Below, one piece after another: positions 18,452-27,304 of a stretch of 32,000 bases of DNA. The notes beneath the pieces are model-generated. The model was not told the origin of the DNA. It saw only the letters and a program-made list of their open reading frames with translations, and did not search any database. This DNA is from Bellilinea caldifistulae (GTDB taxonomy: Bacteria > Chloroflexota > Anaerolineae > Anaerolineales > Anaerolineaceae): assembly GCF_001306055.1 (NCBI RefSeq), contig NZ_LGHJ01000018.1, positions 60,001 through 92,000 on the forward strand, given 5' to 3'. Position 1 is the first letter of the stretch; every line of letters begins with the position of its first letter. The translations under genes were made by a program, and so were the position numbers.

Positions 18452-18719
18452 TCAACTGAGTAAAGTGATTGAAGATCGGCGGGATAATCCACGGGAAGGG
18501 TCATATACCTGCTACCTGTTTGCAAGCGGTGAGGATGAAATCCTGAAGAAAATTGGAGAGGAAGCGGTTGAGGTGATTCTCGCGGCAAAAGGACAGGGAC
18601 ACCAGCGGATTGTGGAGGAAGTCAGCGATCTCCTCTATCATGTCCTGGTGCTTCTTTCATTAAAGAGGGTGAATTTAGACGAAATTGAGGAAGAATTACG
18701 CCGTCGACATGGAAAATGA
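18438..18719 (+). CDS. hisE: Phosphoribosyl-ATP pyrophosphatase
   Basis: ATG 18438 ([15 protein letters not shown]...SYTCYLF...EEAVEVILA...EVSDLLYHVLVLL) has GAGGAG 10 nt upstream. The track ORF start 18333 lies inside hisI in another frame. This is a separate gene overlapping hisI by 14 nt, not a hisIE fusion. Confidence 0.85.
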   Translation: MQFLDQLSKVIEDRRDNPREGSYTCYLFASGEDEILKKIGEEAVEVILAAKGQGHQRIVEEVSDLLYHVLVLLSLKRVNLDEIEEELRRRHGK

Positions 18720-19186
18720 GATTTATGAAAGACCGCGGTCAAGAAAAATTGGAAGCGGCTAAAATCTTCCATTCAGGAGAAATAGGATTATAATAACAGC
18801 AATCCATTTGCCCGGTTACAGGCAAGCCATTCTGGTTTGTACTGACCCGAAAGTTGCCCTGGCAAGGCATGCGTCTGTCCGTTACGCACCTTAAAAATGC
18901 TGTAACGAAAAATCTGGCAATCAAACGGTGGCCGGATGATTTTTGGCACCGCTTTTCCATCGGGCGGAATTGTGGAGCCAATTTTTTTGCCTCGACATTG
19001 CGCCGCAGAACAGTGCCATCACAGCCCATGCGGTAAGGTGGTCGTTATGGCGTGTTTTTTGTGGACAAACCCTCAGCGGGTTAGTCCGGGACAGGCTCAT
19101 GGTGAATAACCATGGCAATTTAACCAAAGACCGGGCGTCTCCGGCGAGGTTAAAAATTCCATATCTTTTTACTTCAAAGGAGAAAA

Positions 19187-19753
19187 ATGGAGATTCAAAC
19201 ATTTTCATATTGCTCTCCAAAATTGGAGTTGCGTCCGTGCCCTGAAAAGGGGGGATTTGGTTTGTTTGCGATTGAGCCAATCAGCGCAGGCGAGCTGTTG
19301 GCTATGTGGGGCGGGCAGGTGGTCACCAGTGAACAACTGCAGTACCTGCCGGTTGACCGCCAGACACACGGCATTCAAATTCATGAAGATCTTTATCTGG
19401 TACCGGTTACTCACGGTGAACCCGCCGATTATTTCAATCATTCCTGTAATCCCAATTGTGGATTGGATTCGCCAATTTCGCTGGTCGCCATGCGGGATAT
19501 TGAAGTGGGGGAGGAAGCCTGCTTCGATTACGCAATGAGCGATTCCTCCGACTATGACGAATTCGAGTGTCACTGTGGAGCCCCTAATTGCCGCAAGACC
19601 ATTACCGGTCGGGATTGGATGCTTCCCGAACTTCAGGAAAGATATTTTGGGTTTTTCTCACCCTATCTTCAGCGGCGGATTGAAAAAATGCGTGAAGAAA
19701 TCCAATTGAAAGGAAATGGCAACAAACCCGCCAATATAACGGACGACCGCTGA
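19187..19753 (+). CDS. SET domain protein (putative protein-lysine methyltransferase) with post-SET Cys cluster
   Basis: 188-aa ORF with a strong RBS (AAGGAG). SET motifs are GFGLFA...I.AGELL, YFNHSCNPNC and EEACFDY. The post-SET motif is CHCGAPNCRK. Confidence 0.85.
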   Translation: MEIQTFSYCSPKLELRPCPEKGGFGLFAIEPISAGELLAMWGGQVVTSEQLQYLPVDRQTHGIQIHEDLYLVPVTHGEPADYFNHSCNPNCGLDSPISLVAMRDIEVGEEACFDYAMSDSSDYDEFECHCGAPNCRKTITGRDWMLPELQERYFGFFSPYLQRRIEKMREEIQLKGNGNKPANITDDR

Positions 19754-19770
19754 TCGGTTGAGGTGAAAAT

Positions 19771-20565
19771 ATGTCGGTAATCTCATTGTTGACCGATTTC
19801 GGTGATCGGGATGCGTTTGTGGGTGTCATGAAAGGGGTAATCTGGAGGATCGCCCCTCAAGTTCAAATTGCCGACCTTACCCACTGGATCGAACCGCAGA
19901 ATGTTTTACACGGTGCCTTAATTCTGGGCCAGGCGTATCGGTATTTCCCGCAGAGGAGTGTACATCTATCTATCGTGGATCCGGGGGTGGGTACTCAACG
20001 AAGAGCAGTAGCCGTCCGAATAGGAGATTTTTATTTTGTCGCGCCGGATAACGGTCTGCTGACCATACCGTTAGAGCGAGCTGAAAAAACCGGAGAACCG
20101 ATTCATGCGGTCGAGCTGAACGAACCGCGTTTCTGGCTGCCGGAAGTCAGTCATTCGTTTCACGGCAGGGATATCTTCGCCCCATGTGCAGCGCATCTGG
20201 CAAATGGCGTACCCCTGGACGAGCTGGGCAGTCATGTGGAGAGCCGAGATCTTTTGCGCGTAGTCATTCCCCGACCTCGCCGTACACCAACCGGCTGGGA
20301 AGCGCAGGTATTAATGGCTGATGTGTTTGGAAATCTGATCAGCAATCTTACTTCGGAAGATTTGGGCGATCAAAAAATTCGTAAAGTGTTTATCGCCGGT
20401 ACCTCCATCGAGCGATTTACGCGGACGTTCGGGGAAGCGCCAAGCGGGTCTCTCATCACGATGTTCGACAGTTCAGGGTATTTGAGCGTTTGTGTGGTTA
20501 ACGGAAATGCCCAGAAACAGTTGAACGTTCGGGTAGGAGACCCGCTGGAAGTGGTCACTGAATAA
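19771..20565 (+). CDS. SAM hydroxide adenosyltransferase / SAM hydrolase (DUF62, fluorinase-chlorinase superfamily)
   Basis: 264-aa ORF starting 17 nt after the SET gene. Motifs are LLTDFGDRDAFVGVMKGV, IVDPGVGTQRR, VAPDNGLL, FHGRDIFAP. Confidence 0.85.
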   Translation: MSVISLLTDFGDRDAFVGVMKGVIWRIAPQVQIADLTHWIEPQNVLHGALILGQAYRYFPQRSVHLSIVDPGVGTQRRAVAVRIGDFYFVAPDNGLLTIPLERAEKTGEPIHAVELNEPRFWLPEVSHSFHGRDIFAPCAAHLANGVPLDELGSHVESRDLLRVVIPRPRRTPTGWEAQVLMADVFGNLISNLTSEDLGDQKIRKVFIAGTSIERFTRTFGEAPSGSLITMFDSSGYLSVCVVNGNAQKQLNVRVGDPLEVVTE

Positions 20566-20570
20566 ATGGG

Positions 20571-21938
20571 CTACACCTTTTCCTGGCCGTACAAAAGTAG
20601 AATGCGGGCGATGTGCTTGGCTCCCTTCAAGTACAAATCCAGGCGGATGTTTTCATTTGGCGCATGAGCCTGCGAACCGGGGTGTCCGATACCGGCAGTA
20701 ACAATGGGTACATGCAGTGTTTCGATGAAAAGGTGGTTTGGGCCTGAACCGCCACTCATCGGGATCATTTGCATCGGTTGGCCATAGACTTCGGCAGCTG
20801 ATTCGACCACTAATTTGACAAAAGGATGATCCGGATCGGTGCGGGCGGGTGCTTCGCCACCAAGATAGGTGATCTGCACATCCTGAAAGCCGTGGCTGTC
20901 GAGATGCTGGCGTAATTGCTCCAACACCTCTTCGGGAGTCTGATCCGGAACCAGACGAAAATCCACCTTTGCGCTGGCACGAGCAGGCAGGACGGTTTTT
21001 GAGCCAGGTCCTTGATAGCCGGAGGTTAATCCGCAAATGGTGCAGGTCGGCATCATGCTCTCGGCAACCCGCAATTCAACCCCACCGGTCATGCTTTTGA
21101 GAAATTGTTTGATCCCATATCGGCCGCGGTATTCATCGGCAGTTTCTGGCATTAATTCAAATAATTCAAGATCGCGCTTGGAGGGCGGACGGACTTTATC
21201 ATAGAAACCGGGCAGGTGAATGATTTCATCCGGGGATTTGAGGGTGTTCAATGCCCAAACCAACCGCCATGCGGCATTCGGAAAAATGGAACCACCCAAT
21301 CCAGAATGAACATCCTGATTGGCAGTTTCAACACTGAGTTCCACATAACACAAGCCACGCAGACCCAGATATTGAACGGGGACATCGCGGTGATCCACGC
21401 CGCCAAATTCCCAAATGCAGGCATCTGCGCTCAGGTCGCCAGCATGTTTTTCTATAAAGGGTTTGAGATTTGGACTGCCGACTTCTTCTTCTCCTTCAAC
21501 CACAAAACGGACATTACAGGGTAATTCCCCCAATTCAGCAAGCAAAGCATCTATGGCAAAAAGACGGCTGACTAAATGACCTTTGTCATCGCTGACACCG
21601 CGCGCAAACAACTTTCCATCGCGCAGGGTGGGTTGAAAGGGAGGCGATTCCCACAATTCAAGCGGTTCTGGCGGCTGGACATCATAATGATTGTAAAATA
21701 AAATGGTGCGCGGTGATTTTCCTGCCCGAAATCCGGTAACAACCGGCGCGCCATCGGTAGGAATGTTCTGAGTTTCAAACCCGCGTTTTTTCAGCATCTT
21801 TTCGACCATCCGGGCGGTTTCTTCAATTCCCCAGTTCTGAGCTGAGACACTGGGTTGTTCACAAAGACGGCTCAACTCGGAGATACTCTGATCGAGATGA
21901 TCTTCCAGATAATGATCAATGCGGCTTGTATGAGTCAT
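20571..21938 (-). CDS. M20 family metallopeptidase (ArgE/DapE/dipeptidase-like)
   Basis: 455-aa ORF with M20 motifs: LFYNHYDVQPP, ARGVSDDKG, VVEGEEEVGS, HAPNE. Confidence 0.85.
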   Translation of the reverse strand: MTHTSRIDHYLEDHLDQSISELSRLCEQPSVSAQNWGIEETARMVEKMLKKRGFETQNIPTDGAPVVTGFRAGKSPRTILFYNHYDVQPPEPLELWESPPFQPTLRDGKLFARGVSDDKGHLVSRLFAIDALLAELGELPCNVRFVVEGEEEVGSPNLKPFIEKHAGDLSADACIWEFGGVDHRDVPVQYLGLRGLCYVELSVETANQDVHSGLGGSIFPNAAWRLVWALNTLKSPDEIIHLPGFYDKVRPPSKRDLELFELMPETADEYRGRYGIKQFLKSMTGGVELRVAESMMPTCTICGLTSGYQGPGSKTVLPARASAKVDFRLVPDQTPEEVLEQLRQHLDSHGFQDVQITYLGGEAPARTDPDHPFVKLVVESAAEVYGQPMQMIPMSGGSGPNHLFIETLHVPIVTAGIGHPGSQAHAPNENIRLDLYLKGAKHIARILLLYGQEKV

Positions 21939-21965
21939 GGTTGCCTCCTATCGTTTGAGTCATTT

Positions 21966-22505
21966 TTAAAAGGGGAAAAGATTCAGCACAAAAGATCCGC
22001 CGTAGGAAAACAGAAGCATTTTCAATACTTTTCCGATCCATGAAAAGAGCAAAAACTGCCAGAGCGGCATTTTGAGGATACCGGCTGTAATCCCGGCTAC
22101 ATCGAAAATCGGGTTTGGTACAAAGGAAAGCACCAGAATGGTAACTGGCCCGTATTTGCGCATCCATTGTTCAAACCTGTCGCTCCATTGGGTTCTTTCG
22201 ATAATTCCCTGGCCACTAAAACCGGCCAGATAACCTGAAAGTTCACCAATGGCTGCGCCTGTACCCGCTGCAACGGCTACCCAGAAAGGATTGAAAACCG
22301 CCCCCATGGCGGAGGTAAACAAAACCCCAGGTACGGGCAGAATCAAGGTGGCGTTTGCCAAAAGGGAAACCAGGAAAATACCCGGGTACCCCAGCCCCCC
22401 TAGCTGGCGGACATTTTCGCGGTTAATGTAGAGAAAAATCGTCAAACCCACCACAAAGATCAGGGCAAGAATGCGCGTGACTTTGAGGCGGGTGTCTTTA
22501 TTCAT
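21966..22505 (-). CDS. YqaA/DedA-type (VTT/SNARE-associated domain) small membrane protein
   Basis: 179-aa ORF with 4-5 TM helices. By-eye match to the COG1238-type pattern (GYPGIFLVSLLANATLILPVPG ... GAAIGELSGY ... NPIFDVAGITAG). Its start overlaps the udk stop by 8 nt. Confidence 0.7.
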   Translation of the reverse strand: MNKDTRLKVTRILALIFVVGLTIFLYINRENVRQLGGLGYPGIFLVSLLANATLILPVPGVLFTSAMGAVFNPFWVAVAAGTGAAIGELSGYLAGFSGQGIIERTQWSDRFEQWMRKYGPVTILVLSFVPNPIFDVAGITAGILKMPLWQFLLFSWIGKVLKMLLFSYGGSFVLNLFPF

Positions 22506-23148
22506 CCGGGTTGTGTTCTTTGCTTTCCAAAAGTGTTTCGATGCGGGAAATGACCATGTCCAGCGCTACGGTGTTGAACCCGCCCTCCGGGATGATGACG
22601 TCCGCATAGCGTTTGGATGGTTCGACAAATTCCATGTGCATTGGGCGGACGGTATTCAAGTACTGGCGGATGACCGATTCGGTTGTGCGCCCGCGTTCGC
22701 GAATATCCCGCTCCAAGCGACGGATGAAGCGTAAATCGGGGTCGGTATCCACAAAGATTTTTACATCAAATAATTCCCGCAGGGCTGGTTCGGCGAAAAT
22801 AAGGATTCCTTCCACCAGGATCACGCGCTGCGGTTCAACGTGAATGGTGCGGTCGGTACGGGTGTGGGTGGTGAAATCATAAACCGGCAGCTCGATGGCT
22901 TCCCAGTTCTTCAATTTTTTGATGTGTTCAATCATTAAAGAGGTTTCCAGCGAATTGGGATGGTCAAAATTGACCAGGTCTCGCTGTGCCCGTGGGAGGT
23001 CTTTCAGGTCTCGGTAGTAGGCGTCGTGGGGAAGATAAGCAATTCGGTGCGAACCAACTCGTTTGAGGATTTCGGTAGCCACAGTTGTCTTTCCAGAACC
23101 GGAACCACCAGCAATGGCGATAACAAGCGGAGTAATCATGGGCTTCAT
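22498..23148 (-). CDS. udk: Uridine kinase
   Basis: 216-aa ORF with P-loop IAGGSGSGKTT, plus NFDHPNS, VILVEGIL, RRLERDI.ERGR and ADVIIPEGG. Confidence 0.9.
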   Translation of the reverse strand: MKPMITPLVIAIAGGSGSGKTTVATEILKRVGSHRIAYLPHDAYYRDLKDLPRAQRDLVNFDHPNSLETSLMIEHIKKLKNWEAIELPVYDFTTHTRTDRTIHVEPQRVILVEGILIFAEPALRELFDVKIFVDTDPDLRFIRRLERDIRERGRTTESVIRQYLNTVRPMHMEFVEPSKRYADVIIPEGGFNTVALDMVISRIETLLESKEHNPDE

Positions 23149-23184
23149 TATTTCCGATTATAGTCGAAATCATTCAATGCCGGG

Positions 23185-23679
23185 TCATTCCAGGAAAACA
23201 AAACGGATTTTCCGATTTTGTACATCCATAATGCAGAATGAGCGTTCTTCTTTTCTCAATCCTCCAATTGCCCCCGGGTTTATCAGGCGAGTTTTTCCCT
23301 GCAGTCTATCTTCGCGGCGGTGGCTATGCCCAAAAAACAGAAAATCGAACTGCTGGCTGTGGAGAAGATTCTGGAACTTGGAAGCAAGGTGACCGTGGGT
23401 AACGGCTATTCTTAAACCGCCTATCTCCCCCTGAAAAACGGTATCGGCGAAAGATTCGGGATTCATTTTCAGCAGGGTGTCCCGGATTTCACCGCTGGCA
23501 AAATCACCGTTCCCGAATGTCAAAATGACTTTGTGGGGAGCCAGGATTGAGGCAGTTTCAGCGGTGGTTACGTCTCCACAGTGAATGATGGTCTGGATGT
23601 TCTCATTCTCGATGATTTGCAAAGCCTTTTGCAGATTACCCAGATGGTTGTGAGTATCCGAAAGGATGGCAATTTTCAT
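23185..23679 (-). CDS. YfcE/MJ0936-family metallophosphoesterase
   Basis: 164-aa ORF with calcineurin-like motifs SDTH, HCGD, GNGD, THGH, GHSH. Confidence 0.85.
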   Translation of the reverse strand: MKIAILSDTHNHLGNLQKALQIIENENIQTIIHCGDVTTAETASILAPHKVILTFGNGDFASGEIRDTLLKMNPESFADTVFQGEIGGLRIAVTHGHLASKFQNLLHSQQFDFLFFGHSHRREDRLQGKTRLINPGAIGGLRKEERSFCIMDVQNRKIRFVFLE

Positions 23680-23682
23680 GAC

Positions 23683-25539
23683 TCAAGCAACCTCCAATGA
23701 GACAATCTCAATATCGGCGTTGAGAAAAGCCAGGCGCAGGGCTTCCCGCTTTGTGGAGGTCAGGTTTTTGATCACCAGCCGGATGTAAAAGCTTCCATCC
23801 GGCTGGGTGTCATTGATGGAACGAAGAATGTTGCCGCCAGCCTGCGAAACGAGGTGGGCAATGCGAGCCAGTACACCCGGGCGGTTGGCATTTTTGCTAC
23901 CGGTAATCGAGATGGTTGTCCAATTCAGGTTTTGTTGTGTTATGCCCGCATTGATCAGAGCATCGGCGAAATCCAGTTCGCGAATGGCGCCCGAACCAAC
24001 CGAAGCATACAGGTCTTCCAGACTGGAGGCTGCCAGATTTTCCAGAAGAATATCAAAACGAACCGGATCAAGGACCTGAACATCTTCCAGAGAGAGGATA
24101 CCCTGATTAATCAGAATCGGTTTGATCAATTGGCGTCCTTTTTCGGCGCTTTTTTTTAAGGCTTCGGTAACCAATACCGAGCGCAGCAAGCGAGCGGTGG
24201 AATTGTTGGCGTAGGCAAGCCATTCTTCGTTAGGTGGCTGGCGGGTGCCGTCGGTAATGACTTCCACAACATCTCCTGAATTCACTCGATCCGAGAGACG
24301 CACCAGGGCTCCATTTACTTTGACGGCACTGATTTTATCGAGCAGAAATTCCTGCTGAATTGATGCAACCGCATCCAACACAGTAGAGCCTTCCGGCAGA
24401 AAACGTGCTCCACCGGTGGGGGTCAAAATTTCCACAGGCCGGTAATGGCTGATATCCTTGCCTTTTTGGATGGCATAAACGACACCCCAGTGATTCTCCC
24501 CTTCCATGTCGCGGGTGGCAATGGCAACTTCCACTGCTCCTAAATCCGGCAGCCAGGCGGTAATTTGTAAAGCACGATATCCATTTTGAGGACAGGCAAT
24601 ATAATCATCGAAACGGTTTTGATCCAGATAGGGGCCTAAAAAGCGGTTGACCCGGGGTAACAGCTGATAACAGGCGGCTTCGTCTTCCTCCTCAATGACC
24701 ATGCGGAAACTGATGATGTCATTGACATCCCGAAAGGAATTCATGGAAGTTTTGCGGGCACGAGCCATGCGGCGCAGTTTTTGCCAGGATTGCCAATAGC
24801 CGTTGACGATAATCTCAATCGAGCCATGTAAACCGCTTTTTTCCATGATGGCGCCTAGTTGTTCCATCATTGGGTTGATGAAGTTCAGGTCAAGGCGCGG
24901 GTCAGTATCAATCATTGCCTTAACCGAGGTGTAAGTTTCCGGCTCGGCAAAAGGAAAGGCGAGATCCTCAATCCAACGCCGCCAACGGTAACAATTCAGG
25001 ATGCCGGCCAGTTTTCCATAAGCGCGAATGGCCTCGGTAGCTTTTTGCTGCCGTTTGTGGGCGGGCATGTGATGAAGGGTGAGCAGGTTGTGGCTTTTGT
25101 CGGCCAGCTTGACCAGAAACACACCGGGATCACGGTACTGGGCAATTTTGCGCAAGGTTTCCATTTCTCGTGAACGTCCATCACGCGGGGCGCTGATTTT
25201 GGTTACCCCGTCCACAATAAAGGCGATTTCTTCTCCCAACCGCCCTGGAAAGTGCTGTTTGATGCGCTCTAAACTTTCCCCTTGATCCTCAACGCTATCG
25301 TGCAACAGGGCGGCAATTGTCCAGGCTTCGTTAGCGACCAATTTATCCACGAAGGCGGCTACCCAGGCACAATGGGTTTCAAAATAAGGTTCTCCGCTCA
25401 GACGCAACTGACCGGCATGAAGTTCTTTTCCCCACCGATAGGCTTCCGCAATTGCCGGAGTGCGCGGGACAAATACGCCGGGGTTGAATTCATCATCTAA
25501 CCGCGGTCGAATTTCACGGATATGCTTGATCGTCACCAT
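23683..25539 (-). CDS. Long RelA/SpoT homologue: HD hydrolase + divergent synthetase-like + TGS + ACT domains
   Basis: 618-aa ORF. HD motifs are LSGEPYFETH, LLHDSVED, LADKSHNL. The synthetase-like region (DIISFRMVIEE, DYIACPQNGYRALQ, VEVAIATRDM) deviates from the canonical EVQIRT/SLH motifs. The TGS domain is ILTPTGGARFLPEGSTVLD...VNG. The C-terminal ACT-like segment is RPGVLARIAHLVSQAGGNI. Confidence 0.85.
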   Translation of the reverse strand: MVTIKHIREIRPRLDDEFNPGVFVPRTPAIAEAYRWGKELHAGQLRLSGEPYFETHCAWVAAFVDKLVANEAWTIAALLHDSVEDQGESLERIKQHFPGRLGEEIAFIVDGVTKISAPRDGRSREMETLRKIAQYRDPGVFLVKLADKSHNLLTLHHMPAHKRQQKATEAIRAYGKLAGILNCYRWRRWIEDLAFPFAEPETYTSVKAMIDTDPRLDLNFINPMMEQLGAIMEKSGLHGSIEIIVNGYWQSWQKLRRMARARKTSMNSFRDVNDIISFRMVIEEEDEAACYQLLPRVNRFLGPYLDQNRFDDYIACPQNGYRALQITAWLPDLGAVEVAIATRDMEGENHWGVVYAIQKGKDISHYRPVEILTPTGGARFLPEGSTVLDAVASIQQEFLLDKISAVKVNGALVRLSDRVNSGDVVEVITDGTRQPPNEEWLAYANNSTARLLRSVLVTEALKKSAEKGRQLIKPILINQGILSLEDVQVLDPVRFDILLENLAASSLEDLYASVGSGAIRELDFADALINAGITQQNLNWTTISITGSKNANRPGVLARIAHLVSQAGGNILRSINDTQPDGSFYIRLVIKNLTSTKREALRLAFLNADIEIVSLEVA

Positions 25540-25670
25540 TGGTTTTTAATTCCCGAACATAAACACCGATTGTAATTGAAAAGTAATTTTAAACGCAAAC
25601 TGAAAAATTGACTAAAATTGGTGTGGTGCACAAGAATGAACCTAAATCCCTATTGAGGAGAAGAAATTTG

Positions 25671-26246
25671 ATGAAAAAATTGATCACTGCTTTGCTTGCC
25701 CTTGCGCTGATGTTGACTGCCTGTAACCGCCAGAATTCGACCGCGGAGCCGATCAAGGTGGAATTACCGGTGGGAGTGGTGGAATCGCTTAGCCGGAATT
25801 TGAAAGTGGAATCCGAACAGATTGAATTCAACAAAATTACCGAATTGGATTATTCAAACACCTGCCTTGGCCTCCCATCGGTTGATGAACAATGTGCTGA
25901 AATGATAATTAAAGGCTATCAGGGAATTATCTCGCTGGATGGCGCTCAGTATGAGTTTCGCAGCGATCGAAGCGGCGAACGGATGAGGATTGTGCCAATT
26001 GCCCTGAAAGCTGCTCAATCGGTTTTGGCGAACCGGCTGAATGTCAATCCGGAATTTGTGCGCTGGGTTTCCATTGAAAAGGTGGACTGGCCAGACAGCT
26101 GCCTTGGACTGGAGCAGCCAGGAATGAATTGCAACATGGTGATCACCCCCGGCTTTCGGATCCTGCTCGAATCGGGGGGAATTATTTTTGTGTTTCGAAC
26201 CGATCTTTCGGGTAAGCAAACGGTAATGGAAATGTTCAGCAATTGA
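25671..26246 (+). CDS. Lipoprotein with two tandem ~73-aa Cys-pair repeats (unknown function)
   Basis: ATG 25671 has GAGGAG 11 nt upstream; the track start TTG 25608 is rejected. The signal plus lipobox is MKKLITALLALALMLTAC. Both halves repeat the motif D(Y/W)xxxCLGLxxxxxxCxMxIxxG...FRxDxSG. Confidence 0.7.
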   Translation: MKKLITALLALALMLTACNRQNSTAEPIKVELPVGVVESLSRNLKVESEQIEFNKITELDYSNTCLGLPSVDEQCAEMIIKGYQGIISLDGAQYEFRSDRSGERMRIVPIALKAAQSVLANRLNVNPEFVRWVSIEKVDWPDSCLGLEQPGMNCNMVITPGFRILLESGGIIFVFRTDLSGKQTVMEMFSN

Positions 26247-26256
26247 CGATTGAGTC

Positions 26257-26309
26257 ACTCCGCCCATGATACCGGTTGGAATTCGGAAAAATGGGCGGAG
26301 TAGTTTTTT
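26257..26309 (+). terminator. Intrinsic terminator after the lipoprotein gene
   Basis: An 11-bp perfect stem ACTCCGCCCAT (26257-26267) / ATGGGCGGAGT (26291-26301) has a 23-nt loop. It is followed by AG-TTTTTT (26304-26309) and sits between convergent genes. Confidence 0.7.
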
Positions 26310-26311
26310 AC

Positions 26312-27304
26312 TTAACGAGAGCCGTATTGGAAGGGGGTTCTTTCTTCATTGCGGTCGGTAGCGGGTGGTGGTTCGGGGGATAATGCGGAGATTTCAGCGC
26401 GCAATTCGGGGGTCATCTTGATCTCAAGACATTGCAGAATTTGTTTCAATTGTTCGGGGCTGCGTGCCCCAATGATCGGGGCGGTTACAGCCGGGTGACT
26501 TGCCACCCAGGCAACCGCCAACGGAGCGGGGTGGTAGCCATGTGAGCTTGCCAGTTCACTGAATCGTTCCGCCAGAACATACAAAGCCGGGTCTCCGTAG
26601 CGGGTTTGATACATTTTGTTTTCAACCAGCCGACCGCTTTCGGGTTTTTTGCCCGTTCCGTATTTCCCACTCAACAAGCCGCCACCCAAGGGACTGTAAG
26701 GAATGACGGCCAGGCGTTCGGCTTGAGCCAGCGGTAGAATTTCAACTTCGGCCTGCCTCTTGGCCAGATTGTACATCGGTTGGATCACTTCAATGGCAGC
26801 CCAACCATATTGACGGGATATTCCAAGCGCCTTCATAATCTGCCATGCAGCGAAGTTGCTAACAGCAGGGTATAATATTTTTCCCTGCTGAACCAGATCA
26901 TCGAGCGCTCGCAGGCTGTGTTCCAAATCAGTAAAGTCGTCAAAGTGGTGGATGAAGTAAATATCTATCCAATCGGTTTTTAATCGTTGTAAGGATGCTT
27001 CTACTGATCGCATCATTTGCCGACGAGATGCCCCGCGTGCGTTAACATCTTCACTGGTTGGAAAGTAAACCTTACTGGTGATGACCACTTCATCGCGGTG
27101 ATCGTGAATCAGCTCCCCTAAAATTTCTTCTGATTTACCACCAGCATAGACATTGGCGCAATCAAAGAAATTGATGCCTGCATCCCTGCACATCTGATAC
27201 AACTGTGCGGAAGTGTCGCGATCGGCATCACCTCCAAAGGACATTGTGCCAAAACACAACGAAGAAACCTTGACACCGGTTTTGCCTAAAAATTTGTATT
27301 CCAT
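26312..27304 (-). CDS. Aldo/keto reductase
   Basis: ATG 27304 (MEYKFLGKTGVKVSSLCFGTMSFGG...) has AGGAAG 6-7 nt upstream; the longer track start 27367 is rejected. AKR motifs are FFDCANVYAGGKSEE, ITSK, IPYSPLGGGLL and the IIGARSPEQL tail. Confidence 0.9.
   Translation of the reverse strand: MEYKFLGKTGVKVSSLCFGTMSFGGDADRDTSAQLYQMCRDAGINFFDCANVYAGGKSEEILGELIHDHRDEVVITSKVYFPTSEDVNARGASRRQMMRSVEASLQRLKTDWIDIYFIHHFDDFTDLEHSLRALDDLVQQGKILYPAVSNFAAWQIMKALGISRQYGWAAIEVIQPMYNLAKRQAEVEILPLAQAERLAVIPYSPLGGGLLSGKYGTGKKPESGRLVENKMYQTRYGDPALYVLAERFSELASSHGYHPAPLAVAWVASHPAVTAPIIGARSPEQLKQILQCLEIKMTPELRAEISALSPEPPPATDRNEERTPFQYGSR

Noticed and set aside
18731-18740. Perfect palindrome GACCGCGGTC just after hisE as a possible terminator
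   Set aside because: It has no loop and no following T-tract. It is more likely a chance SacII-type palindrome than an RNA hairpin terminator.
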